Below, piece after piece: positions 9,858 to 18,889 of a DNA stretch of 64,000 bases (position 1 is the stretch's first letter; every line of letters begins with the position of its first letter). Below the pieces are notes generated by a model. That model had not been told where the DNA came from, made no database searches, and saw only the letters and a program-made list of their open reading frames with translations. A program made the translations under genes and the position numbers. Source of the DNA: Candidatus Heimdallarchaeota archaeon (GTDB lineage: Archaea > Asgardarchaeota > Heimdallarchaeia > Heimdallarchaeales > Heimdallarchaeaceae); NCBI GenBank assembly GCA_016840095.1, contig JAEOSZ010000066.1, positions 13,627 through 77,626 of the forward strand. The letters are read 5' to 3'.

Positions 9858-10685
9858 ATGGAATTGATAGGTCAGACTGTTCAAGCATATAAGGGACTTG
9901 GGTGTGAACACATAATCAGTTTAGCTAAAGCTTTAGGGATAGAATCTTGTGAGATAAATCCTCAAGGAGTTAATTTAGAAAACAAGGATAGAATAGTTGA
10001 AGCTATTGGAAGTATGAAAACTACATTCCATTTACCAGTTGAAGGAATAGAAGGATATGATTTTGCCTATCCTGAAAAAGAGAAGGAGATTCAAAACATC
10101 ATCAAATTAATCAATGACCATGGGAAGGAGCTCAATATTATTCTAGGAGTTTTTCATCCAGTTGAAACTCACGGAAATTTGGAAACCCTATTAAAAAATA
10201 TTAAACAGCTTAAGATTCCTTTAGTAGTAGAGAATATTCAACTAACTTCAGATGAAGAATTTATTGAAGCTTATAATTTGTTTAAAACAGAGTTAGGTGA
10301 TCAACTTAAAGGATGGTTATTTGATGTAGCCCATTCTTATCTTCGAAATGGTCCAGAAAAATATCTTGATTTGCTAGATAAAATGCCATTTGAAGAATTA
10401 GAGGAAATACATTTATCTGACTGCACTGAAACTGAAGATTCCCATTATTCATTTGGTGCAGGTATTCTTCCTGCTAAACAAATTCTTCAAGAAATCAAGA
10501 AAAGAGGTTTTAACAAAATAATAGTTAATGAAATAGATGCTTATCCAAGCGTATGGAGTGCAATTGATTCCTACAAGCAAGTTGCCAAAGTATTCAAAAA
10601 ACGGTTGTATTTCAAAGTGGCAATTAGAAAGTTGTTTGTTAAACCTATGGTACAAAGGAAACTCAGAAAAGCAAACATTACATAA
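9858..10685 (+). CDS. Xylose-isomerase-like TIM-barrel protein (sugar phosphate isomerase/epimerase family)
   Basis: ATG at 9858 (MELIGQ). VVENI and HLSD motifs at the spacing expected for AP-endonuclease-2/TIM-barrel proteins. Weak call. Confidence 0.5.
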   Translation: MELIGQTVQAYKGLGCEHIISLAKALGIESCEINPQGVNLENKDRIVEAIGSMKTTFHLPVEGIEGYDFAYPEKEKEIQNIIKLINDHGKELNIILGVFHPVETHGNLETLLKNIKQLKIPLVVENIQLTSDEEFIEAYNLFKTELGDQLKGWLFDVAHSYLRNGPEKYLDLLDKMPFEELEEIHLSDCTETEDSHYSFGAGILPAKQILQEIKKRGFNKIIVNEIDAYPSVWSAIDSYKQVAKVFKKRLYFKVAIRKLFVKPMVQRKLRKANIT

Positions 10686-10692
10686 AGCTATT

Positions 10693-10989
10693 TTAGGAAT
10701 TTTTCTTGATAGAATTTATCAATTGAAAGGACAAATCAATCCATTTGAGATAGGAGTTAACTGTAGCTCTCGCTGAAACAGCATCTTTTGCCTTTATTTT
10801 TAGAATTAAAATTGAGTCTATCTTATCAATTTCCACTGTAGACCTTTCATTTGGATCAAAATCAGTTTCCATAAGTAAATTGGTATAAACTTGGTTGCAT
10901 ACTTCTGTATCTGATATCTCAATTTTAAAATGAATATCTATATCCGAAATGTTGGTTTCTTGAATTTCAATCACCATCCAAATTCTCAT
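10693..10989 (-). CDS. pcc1: KEOPS subunit Pcc1
   Basis: AKDAVSARATVNSYLKWIDLS matches the Pcc1/CTAG signature (A.D..alRA..NSylrWi). It sits at the distal end of the exosome superoperon, as in other archaea. Confidence 0.65.
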   Translation of the reverse strand: MRIWMVIEIQETNISDIDIHFKIEISDTEVCNQVYTNLLMETDFDPNERSTVEIDKIDSILILKIKAKDAVSARATVNSYLKWIDLSFQLINSIKKNS

Positions 10990-11557
10990 CCTTGTTATCT
11001 AGAACATTTCTTTTTACTATTCTTAATTTAATACGAGGTCCAGTCTGTTTATTGTTTTTATCCAAAAATTCGATATAGATTATACCTTCGTCTTTATCCA
11101 AATAATCTGCATAAACAGTAACATATTCTTTATCTCTGAATTTTTCAATAGATTCATTACTTATTCCAAGGAATTTTCTAAGAACATCCTCTTCAATAGG
11201 ATTTTCTAAGGTTGAGATTAAAATTGAAATCGCAGGTTTTCTTCTTCTTCTTTTCTCTTGATAATCCCTAGATAAAGTTAATCCTCTGATTTTTATTGCA
11301 TATGATAATTCCTCAATTTCACCAATTAAAGAAAAAAATCTAACAAAATTAGGATTTCCCTTTACAGAATTAATTATTACAGCTGTTTCATAACCCTGAT
11401 TTTTCATGGAATTCAAGCAAAAGAACTCATTTGCTGAACCTCTAGGAATTCTTGAAGAATTTGGAACCACACTAACCATATCATGAATAAAGGTTCTTGT
11501 TTTGTTTGTAGGAGAGCGTGATGTTGTAAAACCAATTTTACTCATTATGTTCACCAT
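10967..11557 (-). CDS. Brix-domain ribosome biogenesis protein (Imp4-like)
   Basis: N-terminus IGFTTSRSPTNKTRTFIHDM, size ~195 aa, and conserved position directly after L37Ae. Confidence 0.7.
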   Translation of the reverse strand: MVNIMSKIGFTTSRSPTNKTRTFIHDMVSVVPNSSRIPRGSANEFFCLNSMKNQGYETAVIINSVKGNPNFVRFFSLIGEIEELSYAIKIRGLTLSRDYQEKRRRRKPAISILISTLENPIEEDVLRKFLGISNESIEKFRDKEYVTVYADYLDKDEGIIYIEFLDKNNKQTGPRIKLRIVKRNVLDNKDENLDGD

Positions 11558-11622
11558 TCTTCTGAGTTTTAAAATGTAAGTATCTTAAACTAAAAATAAA
11601 CTAAAAATAGAAATTGAGAGGA

Positions 11623-11904
11623 TTAAAAATCTTCTTTTAATCCTTCTGCTATACGAGTAACTCTTCGAGTTATACTTCTTCCAGCACTAGTGTTAGGTTC
11701 CCATGCTCCACCTGCTAGTTTTTCACCACATTTAGAACACTCCCATATACCAAGACCAGCTCTTTTTAATGTCTTCATTTGACATACAGGACACTTATAG
11801 ACAGCTTTGCTCTTATTTTCGATTTCTCTAACTCGCTTCCTGATAGTACTTCCGTACCTAGCACCATAACGCCCGGTTGAACCTACTTTTTTTGTTCTTG
11901 GCAC
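11623..11904 (-). CDS. rpl37ae: 50S ribosomal protein L37Ae (eL43)
   Basis: KKVGSTGRYGARYGSTIRKRVREIE plus zinc ribbon CPVC..CSKCG. Apparent GTG start. Confidence 0.95.
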   Translation of the reverse strand: MPRTKKVGSTGRYGARYGSTIRKRVREIENKSKAVYKCPVCQMKTLKRAGLGIWECSKCGEKLAGGAWEPNTSAGRSITRRVTRIAEGLKEDF

Positions 11905-11916
11905 TTTTTACACCTC

Positions 11917-12732
11917 TTATTTCTTCGAGAGGGCTTTCATCAGCTCTTTCCTTAAAGTTTTCGATACAAGTAAACTTTCTCTAAGTATTTCCTTTACTTC
12001 TTTAGGAGTATAAACACCCTGTTTACCCTTTTGCAAAGATACTATACGGTCTTCTTCATCAAAACCGAAAGTTATTCTTGCTTCACTTACTCTTTCTTCC
12101 TTGAAATTAGCATCAAAGATATTGTACTTTCCAAGTTTGTAAGTTGTCACTGAAACAGGATAATGATGAATTGTTAGAGGTTCTTTCTCATCTAAAATTT
12201 CTACTTTATCATCTTCTCCAATTTTTACTTTTGGTATTTCAGCAGTTGCTAAGGCAGCTATTGCTCCTAAAGTTGCAGCATCAAAAAGATTACCAGCATC
12301 ATTTAGTATGTAAAAATCTATGAATAGAATCCATACTGATTTCTCAGGAATTACACACAGTTTTGATAAATCAACGCAATGAGACTCTCTTATTGCCCTA
12401 TCGGTTACTCTTGCAAGTTCTATTGCAGCCTCAGAAGGAGGACCACTTTCAAAGTAAGAGGAAGCTAACGGGGAAAGCTCTGCACTTGTTGTAATAACAC
12501 CAGAGTCAGGAGTATCTGGAAAAGGAGTTCCTAACACTGCTTTGACACCAACAATTAGTTTTGTGTCCCCAAGTGTAACAACTGCTGATCCTTCAGCTTT
12601 TCCAACGTAGTTTGTTTCGATATTAATCTCTCTAAGTTGATTAAGTTCTCTATTATCAGATCTCTTATTTTGTTCCAATTGGAATAAAATATGATCTTTC
12701 TCTATTTCGCTAATAACATAATTGTCTCCCAT
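11917..12732 (-). CDS. rrp42: Exosome complex component Rrp42
   Basis: RNase PH-like fold sequence (RSDNRELNQLREI.., GSAVVTLGDTKLIVGVK). Abuts rrp41 with a 1-nt gap. Confidence 0.85.
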   Translation of the reverse strand: MGDNYVISEIEKDHILFQLEQNKRSDNRELNQLREINIETNYVGKAEGSAVVTLGDTKLIVGVKAVLGTPFPDTPDSGVITTSAELSPLASSYFESGPPSEAAIELARVTDRAIRESHCVDLSKLCVIPEKSVWILFIDFYILNDAGNLFDAATLGAIAALATAEIPKVKIGEDDKVEILDEKEPLTIHHYPVSVTTYKLGKYNIFDANFKEERVSEARITFGFDEEDRIVSLQKGKQGVYTPKEVKEILRESLLVSKTLRKELMKALSKK

Positions 12733-12733
12733 T

Positions 12734-13759
12734 TTACTCAGCTCCTTCTTTTTTGTCCTCAGCTTCTGGTTTTTCTTTGGCCTCGGTTTTAGATTCCTCT
12801 TTAGGGATCTCTTTGATTTCAGGTTTAGGGACAGTTTTAGGTTCTTCCTTAACTTCGACTTTAGGTTCTTCCTTAACTTCGACTTTAGGTTCTTCCTTAA
12901 CTTCGACTTTAGGTTCTTCCTTAACTTCAGCTTTAGGTTCCTCTTTAACTTCAGCTTTAGGTTTTTCCATTATTTCTGCCTTAATTTCTGTTTCAACAGC
13001 TTCAGCCTCTGTAACAATTTCTTCTGCAACTTCAGCTCTGATATCTGCATATTTCTGTTTTAATGCATCCCTTTGTATCTCAAAAATATCTTTGCACCCT
13101 TTGATAGCTAAATCTAAACTTTCTTCAAACTGTTCAACTGTAAAGACTCCATCTAACTGAAGCAAAGATATTTCATCTAAAGTAGGAGCATATCCTAATG
13201 GTAAATCACCAGATCCTTTTTGATCTTCTAAATCAAACAAATCCAGTATGGGTTTATCATTTGCTAATCCAGCTGCTACTGAAGCAACTATTCCTCTCAT
13301 TGGTACTCCTGCATCAGCTAATGCAACGGATGCTGCTGTTAAACTAGCACAACGAGTACCTCCATCAGCTTGAAGTATTTGTAAGTATACATCTATTGTT
13401 GTTCTAGGGTACTTCTCTGTTAAAACAACCGAAGACAAAGAATCAGCGATAATCATCGAAATTTCTTTTTCTCTCCTTGAAGGAGCAGGACTTTTTCTAT
13501 CATTTACTGAAAAAGTTGACATCCGATAAAAACACTGAATTAATGCTCTATCTGGTAGTGCTCTGTGTTTTGGATGCAATTCTCTTGGTCCATAAACCGC
13601 TGCAATAATAATATTTTTTCCCATACGAATTTCTGCAGAACCATCTGCATTTTTCAATACACCAATTTTAATACTTATTGGACGTAGTTCATCTAATTTT
13701 CGCCCATCTACTCTTTTTCCTTTTTCATCTATTAGCTGGACGGTTCCATCTCCTGCCAT
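12734..13759 (-). CDS. rrp41: Exosome complex exonuclease Rrp41 with ~95-aa repetitive C-terminal extension
   Basis: RVDGRKLDELRPI, GSAEIRMGKNIIIAAVYGPRE and LQADGGTRCASLTAASVALADAG form the RNase PH core. The tail carries KVEVKEEP repeats. Confidence 0.9.
   Translation of the reverse strand: MAGDGTVQLIDEKGKRVDGRKLDELRPISIKIGVLKNADGSAEIRMGKNIIIAAVYGPRELHPKHRALPDRALIQCFYRMSTFSVNDRKSPAPSRREKEISMIIADSLSSVVLTEKYPRTTIDVYLQILQADGGTRCASLTAASVALADAGVPMRGIVASVAAGLANDKPILDLFDLEDQKGSGDLPLGYAPTLDEISLLQLDGVFTVEQFEESLDLAIKGCKDIFEIQRDALKQKYADIRAEVAEEIVTEAEAVETEIKAEIMEKPKAEVKEEPKAEVKEEPKVEVKEEPKVEVKEEPKVEVKEEPKTVPKPEIKEIPKEESKTEAKEKPEAEDKKEGAE
12839..12958 (-). repeat. Five tandem 24-nt repeats (aggttcttccttaacttcgacttt on + strand) encoding K[V/A]EVKEEP inside rrp41
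   Basis: Copies start at 12839, 12863, 12887, 12911 and 12935. They are in frame with rrp41, and degenerate copies flank both sides. Confidence 0.9.
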
Positions 13760-13763
13760 AATA

Positions 13764-14465
13764 TTACACCTCTTTTTCTGTTTGACCGTTAGATAACATA
13801 TCGCGTATTCTGTCAGTTAATCCTTGTGTATGTGCTTCTAACTCTATTTTTCTAATTGATTCAATGGCCTTCATTTCATCTTCAGGTTTTTTACCATGAA
13901 TCCAAACTCTTCCATTTTGACCAGTTATAATTTGTGTTCTTGTAAGTCTCTTAACCATATTAATCATAGTTCCCTTTTTTCCAATGACTCGAGGGATATG
14001 TGCGGCTTCAATAACTATTACTCTTCCGCCTCTTAATTTTCCTAATCCTCTTTCATTTGTGAGTAATGTGGGATCTCTGGTTCTGTCAAAACTTGCAATT
14101 TTAGTAAGAATAATATCTCCAATATTGAATATTTTTCTAGTATCGTCCTTAACTGGATCAAATCGTTTCTCTGTTGCATTATTGGCTAATAAAACCGCCG
14201 AATAAGGGGAGCCAATATCAACAATCCAATTGGTTAAACCAACTTCTACTACTTTTCCGATTACCAGATCACCAGATCTAGGTATGTATTTACCCTTTAG
14301 AGCTTTAACTTGAATAAATTCTCCTTTATCTTGAAAAAGACCCACAATTGTAGAGTAATAGGAATTTCCTTTCTTTACGACACCATCGCCTAATCTGAAA
14401 TTACCTTCGGCTAGTAAATCACCTGGAATAACTATCTCATGATTTTTTACTTTAACAACGGACAT
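13764..14465 (-). CDS. rrp4: Exosome complex RNA-binding protein Rrp4 (S1 + KH)
   Basis: VIPGDLLAEG N-terminal domain, S1 segment GDLVIGKVVEVGLTNWIVDIG, KH segment VIGKKGTMINMV. Confidence 0.9.
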   Translation of the reverse strand: MSVVKVKNHEIVIPGDLLAEGNFRLGDGVVKKGNSYYSTIVGLFQDKGEFIQVKALKGKYIPRSGDLVIGKVVEVGLTNWIVDIGSPYSAVLLANNATEKRFDPVKDDTRKIFNIGDIILTKIASFDRTRDPTLLTNERGLGKLRGGRVIVIEAAHIPRVIGKKGTMINMVKRLTRTQIITGQNGRVWIHGKKPEDEMKAIESIRKIELEAHTQGLTDRIRDMLSNGQTEKEV

Positions 14466-14487
14466 TATTGATCACAATCTTTGTTGT

Positions 14488-15228
14488 TTATTCCGCAAGT
14501 CGTTCTAATATTTTGATTTGCGCTTTTCCTTTAGTTCGTGAAGTTACTTGTTCCAAGAAATCTGCCTGAGTACCAGAGGGAATTTGAGTCACCACAGCTA
14601 AACTACCGTCAGATAACCATTCTTCTTGAATTAGATTACCTGCTGATAGTACGAAACCATAAAGTGGTCCAGTATAACTTGGAGGTATTTTTACTGCCAG
14701 TTTAACAGATTCCAATCGAATTGGCATAACTGGTTTTAGTTGATTAATAATGTCTAAAGCTTGAACTTTTACTTCTTCTTTGTAATCAATATTAACTCCC
14801 AAATCAAGAATGGCATTTTCTATCCTGTCTTTAGGGATAGGGACATTCTCTCGTGGATTTATACAATGAACATGAATGAAATCAACAATTTCAGTTCTTT
14901 TCTCTTTAAGAATTTCATTTCTCTGATCAGCTGTTAACTGAAGCTGACCATCTTGTAATATTTTAACTGCAATTTCTCTCTCTGTCATTCCTTCAAAAGC
15001 AACTTCTAAATCGTCATTTGTTGCTTTAACTCCGCGTGATAAATTTTCATATACAATAAATACTTCAAATATATCATCAATTTCAACCTCTTCCCCTTGC
15101 AAAAACTTCCATGCAGGTTCTGGATTGACAAGTAATTCATACCTCCTCCCATGTTTTTCCAAACGAACAATTGACTTTCCTCGTAAATCTATTCGTCTAT
15201 CGTGAGTAACTCCTCTGAATTCGCTCAT
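14488..15228 (-). CDS. SBDS-family ribosome maturation protein
   Basis: RLEKHGRRYELLVNPEPAWKF...IDDIFEVFIVYENLSRGVKA...GQLQLTADQR. ATG at 15228 (MSEFRG) is preferred over 15276. Confidence 0.85.
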   Translation of the reverse strand: MSEFRGVTHDRRIDLRGKSIVRLEKHGRRYELLVNPEPAWKFLQGEEVEIDDIFEVFIVYENLSRGVKATNDDLEVAFEGMTEREIAVKILQDGQLQLTADQRNEILKEKRTEIVDFIHVHCINPRENVPIPKDRIENAILDLGVNIDYKEEVKVQALDIINQLKPVMPIRLESVKLAVKIPPSYTGPLYGFVLSAGNLIQEEWLSDGSLAVVTQIPSGTQADFLEQVTSRTKGKAQIKILERLAE

Positions 15229-15355
15229 TTTTATCACACTCGAGTAACATAGTAACTTCGCTGATTTTGAGAACAATGAAAGCCAGATTTATAAGATTTT
15301 TTAAGAATGAGAACAAGAGAAACAAGAAAAAGAATTTGATTTATGGGGATTAAAC

Positions 15356-15868
15356 ATGTCAAATATTCTGATAACTGGATATCCTAGAGTTGGGAAGACT
15401 ACTTTAATCAAAAAAGTTGTTGAAGCAACTGGAAAAAATGTTGTAGGATTTGTAACTTCAGAGATTAAGGAGAGTAATAGACGGGTAGGATTTAGTATAG
15501 AATCTTTTTCAGGTCTTAAACTCATATTAGCTTCAAAGGAAAATACACAAAGCAAATACCGTGTTGCAAGTTATGGGGTCTATCTTGAAAATGTTGATGC
15601 AATTGTAGATAGAGTTAAGCAGGATTTGGATACTATCGACTATGAAATGATTGTACTAGACGAAATCGGAAAAATGGAACTTTTCTCCTCAAAATTCAAA
15701 GTATTTGTGGAAAGATGTTTAGAACAGAATTGTGTTTTGGGAACAATAATGCATAGAGACAATAACTACACTAGCAAAATTAAAAACAGATCAGATATTG
15801 TTATCTATCAGCTTACTGAAAAAAACAGAGGACATGCTGAAAAAGATATTATTAAGATGATGATGTAA
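15356..15868 (+). CDS. Nucleoside-triphosphatase THEP1 family
   Basis: ILITGYPRVGKTTLIKKV Walker A, LDEIGKMEL Walker B, 170 aa. Confidence 0.8.
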   Translation: MSNILITGYPRVGKTTLIKKVVEATGKNVVGFVTSEIKESNRRVGFSIESFSGLKLILASKENTQSKYRVASYGVYLENVDAIVDRVKQDLDTIDYEMIVLDEIGKMELFSSKFKVFVERCLEQNCVLGTIMHRDNNYTSKIKNRSDIVIYQLTEKNRGHAEKDIIKMMM

Positions 15869-16717
15869 ATGCCAGAAGGACCAGAAGTAGAATGTACAAG
15901 ACTTTCTTTGAAGAAATTCGAATCTATGAAAGTTTCAAAGTTAGAATTAACTCAGCTTTCACAGAAATACAATAAATATAAAGGAAAGCAAGGATTTTTT
16001 GAAGAATTCAATGGTAAAATACTTACAGAAATTGAAAGAAGGGGAAAATTCCTTATATGGCATTTTAATTTCCCAAAAGTCATTTTGAATCATTTAGGAA
16101 TGTCTGGACACTGGATTAATCTGAAGAGCAAGAAAATACCTTCGAACATTACTCATCCAAAGATTATAATTTCATTTGAAGATGAAGAAGAAACTACAAT
16201 ATTCGAAGATATTAGGAATTTCGGACAATTCAGGATTTATGGCAAATACCAAGAAGTTTTAGACTATATGCCAATAAGAAAACTAGGACCAGATGGTCTG
16301 AAAATTCCTTTTCCTAAAAACGAATTCTATAAAAATTTGAAACAGAATAGATATGAAAATAAGGAAATTGGAAGAGTTCTTCTTGATCAAAGTTTAATTG
16401 CTGGTGTAGGAAACATATACAAGTCTGAATCCTTGGCTTTAGCAAAAATAGATCCAAAGAGGTTAGTAAAAAAACTCAACGATAATGAAATTGAGAGATT
16501 GGGCAAATCAATATCATTTACTCTTCAGAAAGCTGTTAAAAGTATGGGGAGCACAATTCAAACGTATAAAACATCTTTAGGAGAGGAAGCTTCAGGTCAA
16601 AGTTGGCACAAAGTTTATGCAAAAGCGGGAATGAAATGTGATACTTGTGGAAGTGAGATTTTAAGGATAGTTCAAGATAAAAGAAGTACATTTTATTGTG
16701 AAAACTGTCAAAAATAA
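15869..16717 (+). CDS. fpg: Fpg/Nei-family DNA glycosylase/AP lyase
   Basis: N-terminal MPEGPEVE (catalytic Pro2/Glu3), H2TH GVGNIYKSESLALAKI, C-terminal zinc finger CDTCGS..FYCENCQ. Start abuts the THEP1 stop (TAAATG). Confidence 0.85.
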   Translation: MPEGPEVECTRLSLKKFESMKVSKLELTQLSQKYNKYKGKQGFFEEFNGKILTEIERRGKFLIWHFNFPKVILNHLGMSGHWINLKSKKIPSNITHPKIIISFEDEEETTIFEDIRNFGQFRIYGKYQEVLDYMPIRKLGPDGLKIPFPKNEFYKNLKQNRYENKEIGRVLLDQSLIAGVGNIYKSESLALAKIDPKRLVKKLNDNEIERLGKSISFTLQKAVKSMGSTIQTYKTSLGEEASGQSWHKVYAKAGMKCDTCGSEILRIVQDKRSTFYCENCQK

Positions 16718-16772
16718 TGAACTTACTTATTATCTGCAAAAAAATTATAATAAAGATATCATTCTTTTAGTC

Positions 16773-18761
16773 ATGAATCTTCTGGAACTAATTAACAAAA
16801 CAGCTCTTGAATTATCTGGAGAAAGAGCAAAGCGAACAACTCATTACCTTAGCACATTTCATCGAATTCAAGCAAGTAAGGAATTTCACACAGTACTGGA
16901 ACATATCCAGAATGAATTAACAAGTATAGGTGATGAATACTCCCAAATCCACGAATATATAGCGGATGGAACTAAACAATATTATGATTGGGAAACACCT
17001 ATTTCATGGGATATAGACGATGGAACCCTGGAGTTACTTGAACCAACCCAAAAAATGCTTTGTAGATTTTCTGAAGTACCTGAAAGTGTTTGTACTCATT
17101 CTAAATCAGTGAATCTTATTACCGAAGTAGTTCATGTGGGAAAAGGTAAGGAAGAAGATTTCAAAGACATTGACGTAAAAGGCAAAGTAGTACTAACAAC
17201 CGCAGGTCCAAGAACTATGATTGAAAGGTTATCAAAGCATGGAGCTATAGGAATTATCGCCTATCCCTCTGAACAGAGAGCTCAAGGTCATCAAGAGATG
17301 ATACAGTATGTAGGATTATGGCCTCGAGCTGAAAATGTAGAGCAATCAACATTTGGTTTTTCACTTTCTAGAAAGCAAGCTTTAGAACTCATAGAGTTCA
17401 TGAATAAAGGAAAACCAGTGAAAATTAAAGCAGATATCAAAGCTGAACTATACAAAGGTAAAATGCATGTTCTTTCTACAAAAATTAAAGGAGATAAATA
17501 CCCAGAAGAAGAAATTATTGTGATAGCTCATATCTGTCATCCAGCTCCCTCAGCTAATGATAATGCTTCCGGAAGTGCATTATTGCTTGAAACATACAGA
17601 ACAATAATGACCATGATTGAAAAAGGAGTCATAAACCATCCTGAACGTACAATTAGATTCTTATGGGTACCTGAATTCCATGGTACAATACCATGGATTA
17701 TGGAACAAGAGAAAAAAGATACTTTCAAACCTTTGTTCTGCATAAATTTAGACATGGTTGGTGAACATCCAGCTTTGGTTGGTTATCCATTCACTGTAAA
17801 TAAAGCAAGTATCTCAACACCCACTTTTATCAATGATTTGATAACTGAATGCATTGAGCACGTAAAAGATAATCCAATTGCAATAGAACAAGGAGGATGG
17901 CAATTTCCTTGGAATTACAGGATTAAACCTTTTGCAGGAGGTTCAGACCACTTACTATTTAATGATGCACCTTTAAGAATTCCTTCAGTAATGTTTGGTC
18001 ATTCGGATACTTACCATCATACTAATTTGGATACCATAGAAAAAGTGGATCAAACTACTTTGAAAAGAGTCGGTATAGTGACTGCGTGTACAGTTATATC
18101 AAGCTGTTATAGAGATGAATTTGCAAAGGAAATTCAAAAAGTATTTCTTAAAGGTATAGAAAAAAGAAAAGGTTCATTTCTTCAGATGATAACAAATGAA
18201 TTAGAACTATCAGCAAATATTTCTGATGATGAAAAAAAAGAAAAGGAATTAACAATTCTAAATCTTCTAATGTTTTATGTGGAATTTGAGAAAGCAGGTC
18301 TTCATTCAATTGATAACTTGTTTAGTAATTTGAATTCTCAAATCACAAAACTAACAAATAAGAACCTAGAATACTTTGAAGATCATACCTATGATTTAAC
18401 CAATATTCAACAAATTGAAGAAAAAGAGGATACATTTGATCAGCAACTTGGATCTGTACCAAAAAGACTCTGGAAAGGACCGTTTAGTGGTGGAATACTG
18501 TACAAAACAATGGATGATTTAGAATCTCTAAAAGAGAAAAATCTTTCTGAAAATCAGATATCAGATATTCAAGATTTTTCCAAAATAATGATGTCAAATT
18601 ATGGAGGTTTAATGTTCGACATTATAAACATGATTGATGATAAAAGAAGTATTCTCGAAATTGCACTAAAATCATGTTTGATTGAATGGAAGATTATTAA
18701 TCCAAGAGTAATTGGTAGTTTCTTTGAATTACTTAGGAATCTTGAACTAGTGGAATATTAA
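16773..18761 (+). CDS. M28-family aminopeptidase-like protein (PA domain; DUF4910-like)
   Basis: HICHPAPSANDNASGSALLLE and GGSDHLLF metal-site-like motifs. ATG at 16773 is preferred over the GTG at 16698, which overlaps fpg. Confidence 0.65.
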   Translation: MNLLELINKTALELSGERAKRTTHYLSTFHRIQASKEFHTVLEHIQNELTSIGDEYSQIHEYIADGTKQYYDWETPISWDIDDGTLELLEPTQKMLCRFSEVPESVCTHSKSVNLITEVVHVGKGKEEDFKDIDVKGKVVLTTAGPRTMIERLSKHGAIGIIAYPSEQRAQGHQEMIQYVGLWPRAENVEQSTFGFSLSRKQALELIEFMNKGKPVKIKADIKAELYKGKMHVLSTKIKGDKYPEEEIIVIAHICHPAPSANDNASGSALLLETYRTIMTMIEKGVINHPERTIRFLWVPEFHGTIPWIMEQEKKDTFKPLFCINLDMVGEHPALVGYPFTVNKASISTPTFINDLITECIEHVKDNPIAIEQGGWQFPWNYRIKPFAGGSDHLLFNDAPLRIPSVMFGHSDTYHHTNLDTIEKVDQTTLKRVGIVTACTVISSCYRDEFAKEIQKVFLKGIEKRKGSFLQMITNELELSANISDDEKKEKELTILNLLMFYVEFEKAGLHSIDNLFSNLNSQITKLTNKNLEYFEDHTYDLTNIQQIEEKEDTFDQQLGSVPKRLWKGPFSGGILYKTMDDLESLKEKNLSENQISDIQDFSKIMMSNYGGLMFDIINMIDDKRSILEIALKSCLIEWKIINPRVIGSFFELLRNLELVEY

Positions 18762-18889
18762 CTGAACATATATAATGAAGTTACTATCTTCTGAACTGAA
18801 AATTAAGTTCAATAAAATCTGTTTTGGAACTTCCTACCTTTAGCAATGTTTTTTTATACATTAAAACAAAAGTTACTTGTAGATTTAAA

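Noticed and set aside
12839-12958. Tandem direct repeats that might suggest a CRISPR array or minisatellite
   Set aside because: The units are contiguous with no spacers, are 24 nt long, and are in frame within rrp41. This is a coding repeat, not CRISPR.
12722-13160. Two long plus-strand ORFs (113 and 135 aa) with striking periodic F/S/L-rich sequence
   Set aside because: They are antisense or alternative-frame readouts of the 24-nt tandem repeats inside rrp41. The periodicity comes from the coding repeat on the minus strand, not from separate genes.
16698-16772. GTG start extending the M28-like peptidase ORF 20 nt into fpg
   Set aside because: The extension encodes an implausible N-terminus. 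The ATG at 16773 gives a clean MNLLELINK start without the overlap.
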